A stretch of 64,000 bases of DNA from Azolla caroliniana (Eukaryota > Plantae > Polypodiophyta), in NCBI GenBank assembly GCA_043228905.1, contig JBHGNT010000001.1:14694001-14758000 (forward strand), in the 5' to 3' direction. Below the pieces are notes generated by a model. The model worked only from the letters and a program-made list of their open reading frames with translations. It had not been told where the DNA came from and did not search any database. Both the position numbers and the translations under genes were made by a program. Numbering within the stretch: position 1 is the stretch's first letter; each line of letters begins with the position of its first letter. Positions 37,446 to 52,103 of this stretch are shown piece by piece.

Positions 37446-40306
37446 CTACTCCTGCTCCTCTGGTCTCTCCGGTTCCACTGGTCTCGAGGCTTCCAGTTCT
37501 GGTTGTTGGTTTGGGCTCCTCCTGCTGATGGTTTTCGATGTGCAGGTTTTCATCCTTCGGCTGCTCCTCTGGAGTTTTGTTTGGTTGGCTTTCCCCGGTT
37601 CCAGCTTCATTCGGCGCCTGTTCCGAAGACTGTTCTTCGTCACTGATATTGACGCCGCAGTTCTTCTAGCCACCTCTTGCCATCGCCGTTCTCATTCATA
37701 TCGTTCGAACTAGAGTTGTGTATCCAGTTGGTCGTCGTCCAGTTGTTCCACCAATCGCCTCACCGCTGCCAATTGGTCCCCGGCTAACGATAGGAAGTCG
37801 TCCTACAATTCCTCCCTTATGGCTACAATGTTCTCCTCGTCTAGTTTATAGAAATCATCGTCATCCTTCCTCTGGTTCTCAGCATCCGTTCTTAGCACTT
37901 GTAACTCCACTGCCTGCTTCGCCCATTTAGACCACCATTGAACCGAACTTTCTTCCACCAATCTCTTTGTCCGGTCTCTCCATGTCAGCACCAGATCACG
38001 GATTCGCCCCAACCCCATCTTCAACTTATTCTCCGCAGCCTATTTTTCGTCTTTCAATTGTTTGATAAGGCTCGTGGTTGCCTCTTCTTGGCTTTTGTAG
38101 TGCAGGAGTTATGTCTGAACTTTGTTCAGGGCCATTGTAGCGTGTTCTGTTGCCTCAGAGTGTTGTCAAGTCAGCTCCATCCGTTCTTTTGCCGCTTCCG
38201 CCAGTCTTTTCGCTGCTTCAGCCCCCTTCGACTGTTCCTCCGCCAGGGCCGCCACTGTCCGGTTAATATCATCCCGAAGTTCCCGTAACTTCTCCTGTTG
38301 TCGGTCACTTTCGGTGATCAATTTCTTGTGTTCCGCATCCAAGTGTTTGTGATCCCGGCGCAACCGATCAAAGTCATCCGTTTTTTGTTTCAACCTTTGA
38401 TTGATCAGACGGCGAGCATGGTCTTCCCGGTGCTTTTGCTGTCAGAGCTCTTCCTTGAGTTGCTCGATCTCTACTTCCGCCGAGCACCGGAGTTTGTCCT
38501 TTTCCTGCAATAGTTTTTCTTTTTCTTCCTTCAGTTGGTCATATGCCTGATGACCCTTTCGCAGGATTTCTTCAGCTCGCTAGAGGCTTTCGGCTAATTT
38601 CTTTTGTTCTTCCTCTGCCGCCTTCTTCCCTTCACATTCTCTCGCCGTTAAGGCCTCTTGGGGTTCCACTTCTTCTTTCAGCATGGCAAGTTCTTGTTCC
38701 TATGCCTTATTCGTATCCGAGACTGTTTCAGGCACCGGGGTCTCATTATTCTGAACACTCACCGGTGCTACCGGTTCTAATTGTTGCGGTCCTTCGATGA
38801 CCAGCTTAGGTGCCTCTTGTCTGGTCTTTTCCATTTCTTGTTCCATGTTGTGGATTCTCGACCTGACCTTCTCTAGTTCTTCGGTTGTGGCGAGCAACCG
38901 GTCCACGTGTGCTCTTTCTTCTGCTTCTATTTGGCACACCACCCCGGCCACTTGATCTCCTATCCACCGTAGCCATTGATTGTCGGTGCTTTGTTGCCAT
39001 GCCGGTTCTGGTCGTATGTAGCTTCCTCACTCCCCGGGAACCTATTCTGGGTTGTTAGCGGCAATTCCTATTCTTGTTGTTGTTGCTACGTTGGCAACAC
39101 AGGCAATTCAATCACCGGTTTTTGAACATCTGGTTCCGCTATTTCTTGCCGCATAGGTGCTTCTAAGGCCGGAGCTAGTTGAACCAGTTCTAACTCCTTC
39201 CTCGGTTGCGGCTCGTTGGGGCGGGGCTTTGGTATACCGTCCCTTACCGGACTTGATTCCTCCCCTTTGTGTCCCTCGTCGTGTGTCTGTTTGCAATGTA
39301 ATAGGAACTCGACAGGTTCTTCTTCCTACTCCTTTGATAGGGTTCCGCTATTGAATAACACCACCAAGGGGTCTTGCTCATGTTGTTGTTCTGATTGTTG
39401 TTCGGGCCGGCGCAACTTAATTTTAAAGGGTCTCACCAGTGTCTCCTTCTCTGCTGCCTGCTTCAGACTAGGCTGATCCTTCACCTTCTGTGAGGAGCCA
39501 ACCGCTTTCCATCCGATCGCTTGTTTCACTAGGAGTTGCTGCCTTTTTGAAGATTGGTTAGGGGTTGCTTCCGTCGGTCTCCCCCGCTTCTTCAGTTGTA
39601 TCGGCTCTACCGGCGGTGCTAAAAGAGTGAGCCATTGCGCCACCACCGTCCACATCATCTTGCCATCCTTTACTGAGTCTATGGCCACGTTAAGACTGTC
39701 AGTGATGATCACCAGCCAATCAACCTGTACTCCCTCATAAGTCGCTATGATAAAACCGGCTCTGTTCTTTGGCATAACCGGGGGTCGAGGGTGTACATGC
39801 CCATACTCATGAATCACTCTTGCGACCTCTCGGAATAGAGCCTCCTCACCACCTTGCGTGCGGTACACCTTGCTGGCCAGGGAGTATTCACCGAAGAACT
39901 TCGTGAGCATCTCCGGCGAAGGGTTGTCGATCGAGAATAATCCGCCCTCCGGTAGGCTGGTCATGGCGCGGATGGCCTCTTCTATGATTACCTCCATATC
40001 GATCTCCTTCATGACTTTCTCCGCCTCTCCATGCGGAGGTGCCTCGACGATTCTTAGGAACCCTTCCAACCTATGTTGCTTAAACCATTTCTTGGCCGCT
40101 TCCGAGAGTGCCATGTGTTCCATGTCATCGTCTAAGTTTGTGGGACATGGTAGAACTGGTACGTCTATGCGTTCTTCTTGCGCTCGTCTGATCACTCTTA
40201 ATCGGCTGTGTGCGCTTAGTGCTCTGTTCTCGCAAAATGAGAGGGACTCTACGAGGTGGAGGTTTTGTCTCTCCATGCTTGGCACCTTTTCTTGATTCCC
40301 GCGCAT
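37446..40306 (-). pseudogene. Extra ORF downstream of pol (globular N-terminus + long coiled coil), fragmented
   Basis: 326-aa ORF 39326-40306 (AIRAMTSLPEGG...GVQVDW), then coiled-coil fragments 38951-37446 with a homolog at 6085-7050. Confidence 0.65.
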
Positions 40307-43300
40307 GCATGTCGTGTACTATTATAGGAGTCAGTTGACACATGGTGGCTTTTAAAGAGGCTTTAATTAGCCACCAACCCCATACCTTTTCAAAAGTGCT
40401 CGTTCGTTCCTCGCCTATGCATGATGATTTTTTTTATTTTTTTATTTTTTTATTTTCATTAGTCTAGGTTGTCTAGTAACACCAGCTCCTCTTGGTTGCC
40501 GGTCACTTGCTTGCCACTTCCAGTTACCGCGTCGGTCTCCACCTGATGGAACGGGTTTGGTGGCATGGGCCCGTAATAGGGTTTAAGCCAGAACCCATTT
40601 ACCCATTTGTTCAGTACTTCGCCGGCAATTGTGCCTAATTGGTAAGAACCGTTGAATTCTCCCGTGATCTAGTATGGTTCGGTCCACTGGAACCGTAGCT
40701 TGCATGGCATCTTACCCATCCGGGTCTGAAACACGAGTACCGGCTTGCCGATTCTGAACAACTTCTCATTGCCCTTCCGGTGCCGGTCGACGAATGCCTT
40801 CCTTCGTTGTTGCTCCAGTTCCAACTGCATGATACTAGCTATCCGATGCTCTTCCAGCTCACATAGTGCCGCCAATCGGATTTTCTCTTATTCCTTTTCA
40901 CTCAGTCGCTCCCAGACATGTATCCGTAAGCTCAGTACTTGAAATTCAATCGGCATCACCGCTTCTAGTCCAAATGCTAACCGGAATGTTGTCGTGTTGA
41001 TGCTCATTTTATGTGTCGTCCGGTAAGCCCATAATGCACTGTGCAACTTCGTGTCCCAATCGGTCTGGTTCTCATTGATGATCTTCCGGAGGATGTTCTG
41101 TAGTGTCTTGTTGGTGGACTCGGCCAGTCCATTGACCTGCAGGTAGTATGGAGTGCTACGGTTGATTGTACTACCGCGTAGAACGTTGTTAGGCTCTCCA
41201 CTACTTGACCGAGGAAGTGTCCACCCTGGTCGCTAATTAATTCGATGGGACATCTGTAACGGCACCAGATGTACTCATAAAGGAACTTCGCCATTAATGT
41301 TGCGGTATTGTCTAGCAAATACTTGGCCTCTACCCACTTGGTGCAATAATCCATAGTGATAATGACGTATCTGTTGCCAGTTCCAATGGTTTGCGACTTG
41401 AATGGTCTCACAAAGTCCAGCCCCCATTTTTGAAATGGTTCTAAGGGTAGTACCGGCTGGTGAGGCATATGCGCTTGCTCTGTCGGTTGGCCCATTCTTT
41501 AACACAAATCACAGTCCTTCGTATATCGAACCGAATCTTTCAATGTCGTTGGCCACCATAGCCCACTGCGCCATATCTGTCTTGTTGTAGCTTCTCTGGC
41601 ATAGTGTCCTCCGGCAACTCCGTAATGTGCTTCCCGTAATATGGTGTCCTTTTCATTGCTCTGCACCACTCTCCGCCATATTCCATCGGCTCCCTTGTGG
41701 TATAGGGTGTCCTATAATAAACAAAAATGTTGGCTTTGCACCGCCAATAGTTTCCGCTCGTCTTTGTTCATCTCTTCCGGAGGTAATCCCGTGCTTAAGA
41801 ACTTATGCATGTTCGTTATCCATTTGTCCTCGTCCGGAACTGTACTGTCCGTCGTGGTTTCTGCTATAATTTTAAACAGTTCGGCATCCAGAAACCCATC
41901 TGGTACGCCGTCACTGGTCTCGCTGGTTTCTAACCGGCTCAAATAATCGGCAACCGCGTGTCGTATACCCGGTCGGTGATAAATTTTGAACTCGAACTCC
42001 TATAGTAGCAATGTCCACCGGGCCAGCTTACCTGAGAGGGATGCCTTACAGACCAAGTATAAAAGTCTGGAATGGTCTACGTGAAATTAAAATTTATGGC
42101 CCAACAAATAATGTCGGAACTTTGTGACACTATAAATCATCCCCCATGCCTCTCTTTCAGTTGTGGAGTAATTTCGTTTCGCTTGTGACAGTTTCCAGCT
42201 CGCATAGTATACCAACCGATACCACTTGGGTTCAGTCAGCTGCATAAGTGCACTGCCAATTGCTATGTCGGATGCGTCGACGAACACATGAAACTCTTTG
42301 GACCAGTCTGGGGGGTTGTACTACCGGTGCTTGCGATAGTAGTACTTTTATTGCATGGTAAGCGTCATACTCTGTAGCCGTCCATTGAAACGGTGTCCAG
42401 TGAACCGTAGCATGCAGTGGTGTTGCAAGACCTGCGAAATACCGGAGCATCCGGCTATGCCACCGGATTTGTCCTAAGAATCTGCTTAATGCTTTGGCCG
42501 TCATTGGTGCCGGTGCCTCCAGAATTTCCCTAACTTGGTCAGGGTCTACTATTATCCTGTCCTTGCTGACAATATGGCCAAGTAACGTACACTAGTCACC
42601 CCGAACACACTTTGTCGGGTTCGAGCTTAGCCGGTACCCCTTGCATTTCTCTAGGCATAACCGGAGATTCTCTAGGTATTCCCCTTGCCGGCTATACCCC
42701 GCAAAGTCGTCTAGAAACACCTGCATAAACGCCGGGATGAACTCTCCAAATATTTCCATGATTATCTGCTGAAAGGTAGCCGGCGTCGTCTTGAGTCCAA
42801 ACATCATCACTACATCAACAAAAACTCCCCACTCGGTAACGAACGCCATCTTTTCTTGGTCATCGGGGTGCATCCGTATTTGATTGTAACCGCTGAATAC
42901 GTCTAGGAAGCTATATACCTCATGACCGGCTACCACGTCCAGAACTCCATCCGTGAAAGGAAGTGGAAAGGCATCGGTCACCATCGCGGCATTCAGTTTC
43001 CGGTAATCGACGCACACCCGGATCTTCCCTTCTTCTTCGGCACGAAGACTATCAGACTCAACCATGTGGCTTTCTTTACCGGCCGGATAAAACCGACTCA
43101 GAGTAACTTGTCGATCTCTTCTTTTACCCTTACCGCATAATTAGGGTTCATTCGGTAGCGCCTTTGTGCTACCGGTTTGACGTCTTTGCTGAGATGTATC
43201 TGATGTTGATACAGTTGGAGATCCAGCCCTCACATATCCTCATAGGACCAGGCAAATACTTCCCGGAATTCTTTCAATAATGTAATCATCGCCGTTTTGT

Positions 43301-43647
43301 TTTCCGGTGACATTTCTTTGGCAATATGTACTAGTCGTGCTTCCTCTCCAGTTTCCAAGTTTACTTCCTCTAGCTAGGACACCTTCACCCTTTGAGATAC
43401 CGCTATTTACCATTCCAAGGCCTCCTGTGCTTGACGTAGTTCTCTGACGGCATCTCTATCTGGTTCCTCTCCGGCATCTTCCGGTTGTGCAATATACGGA
43501 GAGACGGCTTCGGCCACATCTATTTCGAACAAGGGTACAATTTTTGGATTATCCTCGAGATACTGATCGACTTCCTCATCGGCGAGCCCTTCTAGCATAA
43601 TAACGCTTTCAACGTATAATAGTGTTAGCTCTTTGCCGGTTCCGGTT

Positions 43648-43918
43648 TGACGGGAACTCAACGCTCCTTATGCGCAACGCTCAGCCACAACCGAGCTTAG
43701 AATGATACACAGAAAAAGGGAGATAAAACACGACAAGAAGGAGAGGAAAATACACAGGAGGTTTAACGTGGAAAACCCCAAACTAGGGGAAAAACCACGG
43801 CAACCCACAGGCTGCAAACTGTCACTATGTAAGAATATACAACAGTGAGTTTACTGAGGCACCGACCTCGTGCTCACAGATCTTCGCCACAGGCGGTGGT
43901 TACAACAGAGGCAACGAC

Positions 43919-43950
<32 letters not shown>

Positions 43951-44443
43951 GTACAGTTACGCACACTCTCTATTCTTGCACCAACAAGAATGACAACAAC
44001 AACTAAAGGTTTGCCCTAAGTCATATTTATACTAATATGACTTTTCGGCTATTTACAAATATAGCCCCGATGGACTCTCAGAAACATATTTACGAATATG
44101 TCTCTTCATCCAGTTCTCCGTAGCCGGGTACTCCTCATCTGATCTTCACCGGGTCTGTATCATCCGGCTCTCCATAGCCGGGTTCTCCTCATCCGGTTCA
44201 TACCGAGTCTGCACCATTCGGCTCTCCGTAGCTGGGTCCTCCTCATCCGGTTCATACCGGGTCTGCACCATCCAACTCTCCGTAGCCGCGTACTCCTCAT
44301 CCGGTTCATACAGGGTCTGCACCATCCGGCTCTCCGTAGCCGGGTCCTCCTCATCCGGTTCATACCGGGTCTGCACCATCCGGCTCTCCGTAGCCGGGTA
44401 CTCCTCATACGGTTTCCCATCCGGAGGGACCTGTCTCCCAACA
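43648..44443 (-). mobile_element. Solo LTR of a Copia family related to the 28006-33231 element
   Basis: TG..CA ends, TSD CGGTT, long blocks shared with the 28006 LTR, and 54-bp tandem repeats at ~44110-44410. Confidence 0.9.
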
Positions 44444-47400
44444 CGGTTTGTGGATGTGTCAATATCCGTACTTTGGTTTTGCCTCGTCGGAACGTAATCA
44501 TGTTCTTTTGCCAGTTTTGCTTGGGTAAGCTCCTTGGTCGTCCAAGAAATAGTGGGTAAGCCCCTTGGGTATTTAACTGGAGAGCCACCGCGGAAATGCG
44601 GAATGCATGTGCTCCAATTGTTACCTCCAGATCTAGTATTAAACTGGTGGGTCTTACCGAACTCGTATCTGCCATCCGGAGCCAAAACGGGCAAGGCTCC
44701 CACTCCTGGATTCCCAGGGTGTCACAGTACGGAGGCTAATTACATTGACGCCCGATCCTCCGTCAACGATCGTCCCTGGTAGCTTGCGTCCTTTGACAAT
44801 GGCAGTGATTGCCGAACTGCTTCTGTCCACCACCGCCTGCCCTTCCTCTGGGTTGGAAAAGAAAGTCAGAGCCGGTGATGAGTCTGGTGGTGTTATTGCC
44901 GATTTCAGCCCTCCGAGAACCAGGGTACTAATTGTAGTAGTCGGCCTAATGGCAACGTAATTTGACATTCCTGTAACGCCTTCCATGTTGGGTTTTCTGA
45001 CTGTATTGTGTCGGTAAGCTCCGTCGGTGCCTCCTTTTGTTGTTTGACTTCGGCCGCATTCCGCTCATTCGCCTTCTCTACCCGTTCGGTGGCCTGTTTC
45101 CGGATAGCCTCTTGTGCTTCCCACTCCGTCGTCTTTCCTTTTGACTTGGTGGTGACTTGTTGTATATCCGCGACCTCTACTACCACCATACTGACTGTCG
45201 GTCGTTTTTCATTACTTTTCACCAGGCATTGGTTGTTGTAATTGCCTTCCTGCCGGCAATAATAAAAGTACGCTTTCCGGGTATTGTTGGATTCTCCTTT
45301 TGGCCTGGTACTTGGTTGAAATTCTGTTGTTGGTCGATTAGGCTCTTTCGTTCATCTTTGTTCTAGCTAGGTGCCACTTAGGCCTTTCTCCAGCTCTTGT
45401 GGGTATCCCTTCACCAGTTCTCAACGCTCCTCCTTTCGGGTGTTTCGTTTCTTATTAAAACGTTGGTGGTTCTTGTATCTCTGCCGGCAGCGATCTTCAT
45501 AATCCCCACGTTGATCCTCTCTCCTCTGGTTGTAACTTGGAGAGTGATCGCGATCAGAACAGCCACCATTATAATCCTGATACCTGTCGTACCGGTTCCG
45601 GTCATAAGTGTCCCTTCTATCGTTGTACCAGACATCTTGTACTAGCCAGTAATGCTCGTCTCGATGCCAACGTTCTTCTTCCTCTTCCCGGTCGTTGCGG
45701 GTATCGATTTGTCTTACCAGTGCTTCTTGCCAGTTCAGTAAGTTATATTCGCATCGGTCCATTGCGTGCGACCTTGAATGGCATAACATGCACTATGACC
45801 GCATGGTACATTCTGTTGCAGAGTGCCCGGCATTGAGACAAGTCATACATTGTATAGCTTGCCAAAAACGTAGGTCTTCTTCTGTCGCTAATGCACGCTG
45901 GAGTGCCCCCATTGTTAGCCACGAGCTTGTTTTCTCCATCTCCCTGACCCGGTCTAATGACCTAGTGGATCATGTTGGTGCGGAAATCAATGACTGCACA
46001 CACCGTACGCAGGGGTTCCCAGAGTGTTGCTAGGAATATTTCTTTAGCCTCTGCTTCCGGTGGTGCCCGACTTAGCTGGTTGTGCATCTACTGGAACCGG
46101 ATTACGAATTGCTGAATGGTTTCCGTAGGTTCCTACCATATGGTGTAGAATAGGCCGACCATCTCTCGTTGATCCACCTCCTTGTTGAAGAATTGTAAAA
46201 ATTTGGTTTTCAAGTCCTCAAACATAGTGATGGTGCCGGGAAGGTGCATCAAGCACCATCGCGCGGTTGGTCCTTCTAAAGTCATGCCGAACTTTGCAAT
46301 CTTCGATCGTTCTACTTTGGGAGCGTTTAAGCGTTGCGACACATGGTTTGCTTCCCATGTTTGTAGAAATGCATACACATGGGCTTCCACATCCAGATCA
46401 TCCCGGTACCTGGGATATTGGAATGGCATATCGTCGTCTAGTGTCGGAACTCGAGCTGGTGGTGACGAAGGTCTCTCCTCCTCTTCTGATGGAGGCGGTG
46501 TCAGAGATCTTTCCTTCTCTTTTTTCGGCGTTGAAGGTCTTCCCTCCTCCTTCTTCGGAGGCTCGCGTGGTGGTGTTGGAGGTTGATCCACCTCGTGCCT
46601 TCCTGAAGCTTCCAGTTCTGTTATCGCCGGATCCGGTGTCGGTATATTATCTGATTCCTCGTCCTCCGGTCCGTCCGGGGTGTCGTGACTGCTACGGTAA
46701 TTCGAATGTGCGTTGTACTCGCCGTCCGAATCCAATTCAAACACCGAAAATGGTTCTGAATCGCCTTCCCCCGCTGCTAATGCCTGTAGGATGGATTCTG
46801 CTTCCTTCAAACTACTTCCTTCGTCTGGATGGGAATTTTGCAGCAACCGGAGTGACTCCGCAGCCACTCGCCAAATCACCTTTGAAAAGGATCGATCCGC
46901 GCGGATTTCTTCTGCCACCTGGTGGTACGTTTCGCGCTTCAGCAGTCTTTCGGCGAGTCATCTCCCTCGCTCCATTGATGGGTCATTTGTTGGTCTAGTC
47001 ATCCATGCCCCCCGTTGTTCACTGCGCTTGAGCAGGAATCATGGTCGCCAAAAACTATGTTATTCCTTGGGGCAGGACGAGCCCTAACACATGGTGTCCC
47101 TCTAACACACTCCACCAAAGGGTGGTGCAAGTGGGGTAGGCGTACACCATGATACAAACGTATTCCTAAACGGCTACTAACCGGCGTGGTTAAGGATCGT
47201 AATACACGTGTAAGATAGATTCTATTAAGCACAGAACGGTAATTAACTAAAGCTTCAAAGAGTAAACAAGATGTAGAACAACAACACTTTCATTAATAAA
47301 CCGCTATCTTATTACAATATATCCTTTTATAGGTCACCGGCTCTAGGTACGAACCGGTGCCAACCGACAACCGGCTACGAACTGCCCCAGATCCGGATCG

Positions 47401-50400
47401 GCATACTGATTCCGGGTCCATTCGTTCGCTTCTCAAAATATAATAATTATAGATAGTTCTAAAATAATTATCCCTTTCCCATTCTAGACTTTATCGGTCT
47501 TTTAAGTCTTTGCCGATCAACAACTCACATCTAATTAGCTGCATATGTAAGTGACTTATATATTTATTTAAAAAAATAAGAGAGAGTAAAAGTAAGAGAA
47601 GTAGAGAAGAGAAAATAGACGAGAGAGGTTTTTTCTCTGTGTAATGAAACATAACGTTTTGGGTTGCTACATAGGTGAGTCTCCTTCCCCACTTTTTCTT
47701 TCGCTCTTGAACACACTAACGATCTAGCACATCACGATCCATTGTGCACTAAGAAGAGCCATAGCGCCTTCGTAACATGGTATCAAAGCAAAGTTGCTCG
47801 TAAAGAAGAACCGTATAGATTTGAGAAAATTTCTCCATTTTCTGATTTGAACTAGAGAGATTCTTGTTGAAGTTCATCATAGCTAAAGCCTTAAATTGAA
47901 AGAGAGATGGATGCTGAAAATGGAAGCCAAATAGTTACAAAGAAACTGGATAAAAACAATTTCTCTGCATGGAAATTCAGAATGACAAATTTCCTTATGG
48001 GAAAAGGATATTGGGATTACATTGAAGGAGACCTAGAAGAGGCTCCAGAGATCCCTGAAGAAAATGCAACTATTGCACAAATCAAAGTATTTAAAAATTG
48101 GAATGAAGGGGCAAGAAAAGTATTACATGGTTGTCACTTAGCATCTCAGATTCGATGGTTGGACATATACAAGATGTTTTGCTTTCAAAAGAAGCTTGGG
48201 ATAGTTTGGTGAAACTGTTTGCAGTAAACACAAAGGCAAGAAAACTTAAGTTGAAGACTGAACTAAATACCTTGGAAAAAGGTAAAATGTTAGTCAATGA
48301 GTATGCTCTGAAAATAAAGAGCATATATGAGTCACTTGCTTCTATTAATGTAAAGGTAGAAGATGATAAATTAAAAGTATCCTTAAGAGGCTTAGGAACA
48401 TCTCAATATAAAAGCTTCAAAACATCCATTCTCACAAGTTTTCCAGATTTGGTTTCAATGCTAGTAGTGGGAGAAAGAAATCAGATTGAATCTATATAAA
48501 CAAAGGAAACTTTGAAATTGAGGAGCAAGATCTCTTCAATAGTGCTAGAAGAGGCTGAGGAAGAGGCCCTAGCAGATTTGGTTCAACTAGAACTACTAAT
48601 AATTATCATGGAAGAGGACAACAAGCTATAAGTGGAAGAAATAACATCATAGGTAGGGGGGCAATCGAGGAAGAGGTAAGCAAACTTATTTGAGTGATGA
48701 TGGTTGTTGGTATTGTGGAAAACCGGGTCATACACAGGCTGAATGTTATAAAAAGCAAAATGATGAAAAAAAGAGGGAAGAGACAACAAAATAACTATGG
48801 TTCAACTAGTGAAAACTGTGACAAAGAGGGTGCTCTTGTGATGCAACATGAAACAACAATGGTTGAATCGGTCACATAAGTATGCAAACTTTACAAAATA
48901 TGTTGAAGAAAAATGTTGTGGCTGGATTGCCTAAGTTGAAAGACTGTGAAATGAGCAAAATATGTGAACAATGTCAATATGGAAAGAAAAATAGGTTGTT
49001 TTTCCCTCATGAAGGACATATCAGCAAAAACTTGTTGGATTTGGTACATACAAATGTATGGGGACCAACAAAAAATGTCTCAATTGGTTTGCTGCAGGTT
49101 TTAGGTAACATTTATTGATGATCACTCAAGGAAAACATGGGTTTACTTCATGAAAGAGAAGAGTGAAGTATTTTGATTGCTTTCGTAAGTTCAAATGCAT
49201 GGTAGAAAAGCAAACCGGGACTAGAATAAAATGCTTAAGGTATGACGGAGGATGTGAATACTTCTCAAATGATTTTTCTGATTTTCTATGCAATCAAGGA
49301 ATAAGGAGACAATTCACATGTAGATATACTCCACAACAAAATGGAGTGGCTGAGAGAAAAAACAAAACTTTGGTAAACATAGCAAAAGCTTTGATGACAG
49401 AAAAAAAATATGTCAATTGTATTATTGGGTTGAGGCTGTAAACACCGCAAACTATATTCTAAATAGATGCATAACATCAGGAGTACATATAGTAACTCCT
49501 GAAGAATGTTTCTATGGCAGGAAACTTAGTTTAGGACACTAAAAAGTGTTTGGGTGCATTGCTTAAGTTCATGTACCTGCTAAAGTAAGAAGTAAGCTTG
49601 ATCGAAAAGCTGAAAAATGTATTTTGTAGGATATTCAGAGGAGCAAAAAGGGTATAGATGTTTAACCCTTTGACAGAAAAGATTGTAGTAAGCTATGATG
49701 TGATATTTGATGAGTTGGGCAGCTAGTACAACCCAAAACAAAAAGTAGAAACTAATGAAGACAAAGAAAATAAAGACAGGGATAAATCGGAAAATGGAAG
49801 AGATTGCCATGGAAATGAAAATAAGGTTGGACAGCAAAGTTCAACATCAATAGCATGTACTGAACCATCTGAAAACCCAGGTAGTAAATCTGATTCAAAT
49901 GCTTGGAGTGGAAAAAATGTAAGACATAAAAAATTTGATGATAAAAAGGGAAAATGGAAGATGCCAGAATATGAAATGTTTGATGAAGGATCTAGAAACG
50001 TGGAAGATGTAGATTTAGATGTATCATTGGATGATGAGCTGGGTATACAAGTCTTGAAAAAACAATGAAAAATGCAAATCAGAAACTGAGAAGATCATAT
50101 AGAGAGAAAAAAATTGTTGAAAGATTTGGTTGTGATACATACATGGCAATGCATTATGCATATATGTCTAAAGTGGTACAAATCCCTGGTCCAAATAGTT
50201 TTGATGAAGCAAAAGCTGAGAAGACATGGGTGAATGCAATGCAAGAAGAAATAGATACATTGGCTGAAAACAAAACATGGGATTTGGTAAAGTTACCAAA
50301 AGGAAAAAATGTGGTAGGATGCAAATGGGTCTACAAAACAAAGCATGATTCAAATGGGAATGTAAGTAGACACAAAGCAAGACTTGTTGCAAAGGGATAT

Positions 50401-52103
50401 GCCCAAATGCAAGGAATTTATTATGATGAGACATTTGCACCGGTTGCAAAAATGGCAACCTTGAGGACACTACTTGTTGTAAGTCCAGCCAAAAGATGGG
50501 TTCTGCACCATATGGATGTAAAAAATGCTTTTTTACATGGTAGCTTCGAAGACGAATTATACATGTATCAACCACAAGGATTTGAAGGTAAGAAGCATCC
50601 AGAATATGTTTGTAAGCTGAATAAGGCTCTCTATGGGCTGAAACAAGCACCGATAGCATGGCACAAAGAACTTTCAGAATCTTTGAAAAAAATTGCTTTC
50701 GAAATGTCAAAGGTTGATCCATCGTTGTATGCAAAAAGGATAAATGATTTCATTGTTGTTATTTTGATTTATGTAGATAATTTAATCATTGGAGGTGATT
50801 TTAGGGATGAAATAAGCAAGTTGAAGAAAAATCTGGAAATGTTGTTTCATATGAAGCACTTGGGAGAGCTAAAATACTTTGGTATTGAGATTATTAGATC
50901 TGAAAGTGGTATATATATGTTGCAAAACCAGTATGTAACTATGTTGAAGAAGTATGGAATGCTTGGTTGCAAACCTCAATATGTACCACTTGATAAGAAC
51001 TGCAAATTGAGAGTAGATTTGGAAGCAAAAATAGCATATATGAACATGTACATTTCTATGGTGGGCAGCCTCATGTACAGGTTTATGTAACAACCAACAA
51101 TGCCACATTTGGATTGCATTAGAAGAATTTTGAGGTATGTAAAAGCTACTCAAAACCATGAACTGTTTTACATGGCTGATCTGGACATAAAGTTGGAAGG
51201 ATATACATATGTTGATTGGGATGGAAGCCAAACTAATAGAAGATCCACAAGTGGATATATGTGTACATTGGGAAGTGTAGCTATTTTATGGAGTAACAAG
51301 AAACAAGCTATTGTTGCATTATCAAGTATTGAAGCTAAATATAGAGGAGCTGCAATAGTCACTTGTGAAGAAGTATGGATCAAAAGGTTGCTAGTTGATT
51401 TGGGAGAGTATATAGATGGTGTAGTCACAATTTGGTGTGACAATATGAGCACTATTCAACTTGCAAAAAACCCAGTGTTCCATGCAAGAACAAAGCACAT
51501 TGAAGTGCACTATCACTTTGTTAGAGAGAAAGTGATTGATGGAGAAGTAGATCTGTTGTATGTAAGTACAAATCAACAAGTTGCTAACGATCTTACGAAG
51601 GGACTAAGTGTGGGAAAACATACACAGTTCAGGGACATGATGGGAGTTATAAGTATTGGTATGATAGTTAGAAAACTTGAAGAAAAGAATATTGAAGATG
51701 ATCTCAAGAATGGATCAGTTGAGATTGAGGGGGAGTGTTAAGAAACAAGCTCAACAAAAGCATGTGATGCTTATTGTAACTGAGATCTTCTATAGTAGCT
51801 ATTAGGAAATTAGTTACTATTGGACATATAGATAAAACAACTATTTAGCTATCCACAACTATTTAGTTACTCACAACTAATTAGCTGAATATGTAAGTGA
51901 CTTATATACTTAGGTAAAAAAGTAAGAGAAGTAGAGAAGAGAAAACAGATCAGAGAGGTTTTTTCTCTGTGTAATGAAATAGTTTTGGGTTGCTACAGAG
52001 GTGAGTCTCCTTCCCCCCTTTTTCTTTGTCTCTTGAACACACTAATGATCTAGCACATCACAATCCATTCTGCACTAAGAAGAGCCGTAGCACCTTCGTA
52101 ACA

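Larger units (their letters stand above)
36823..47522 (-). mobile_element. Complete non-chromovirus Ty3/gypsy element (Phygy/Athila/Tat-like) with extra 3' ORF
   Basis: LTRs 36823-37299 and 47058-47522; TSD ACTCA; PBS TGGCGACCA at 47042-47050. gag 46918-45400; PR IVDGGSGVN; RT RVCVDYRKLN/FLDD; RH VDASD; IN WGLDF/SDQG. No chromodomain and no PPT. Confidence 0.93.
36649..52103 (+). mobile_element. AT-rich Ty1/copia element; its 5' LTR (36649-36822 + 47523-47777) is split by a gypsy insertion
   Basis: PBS TGGTATCAAAGC at 47778; gag 47907; IN 48882-49700; RT 50065-51090; RNase H 51100-51741; PPT, then 3' LTR 51737-52103 (TGTTAAG..GTAACA). Confidence 0.92.

Noticed and set aside
44146-44703. Novel 18-aa repeat protein (EEDPATESRMVQTRYEPD)
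   Set aside because: Chance read-through from gypsy pol sequence into the 54-bp repeats of a TSD-flanked solo LTR.
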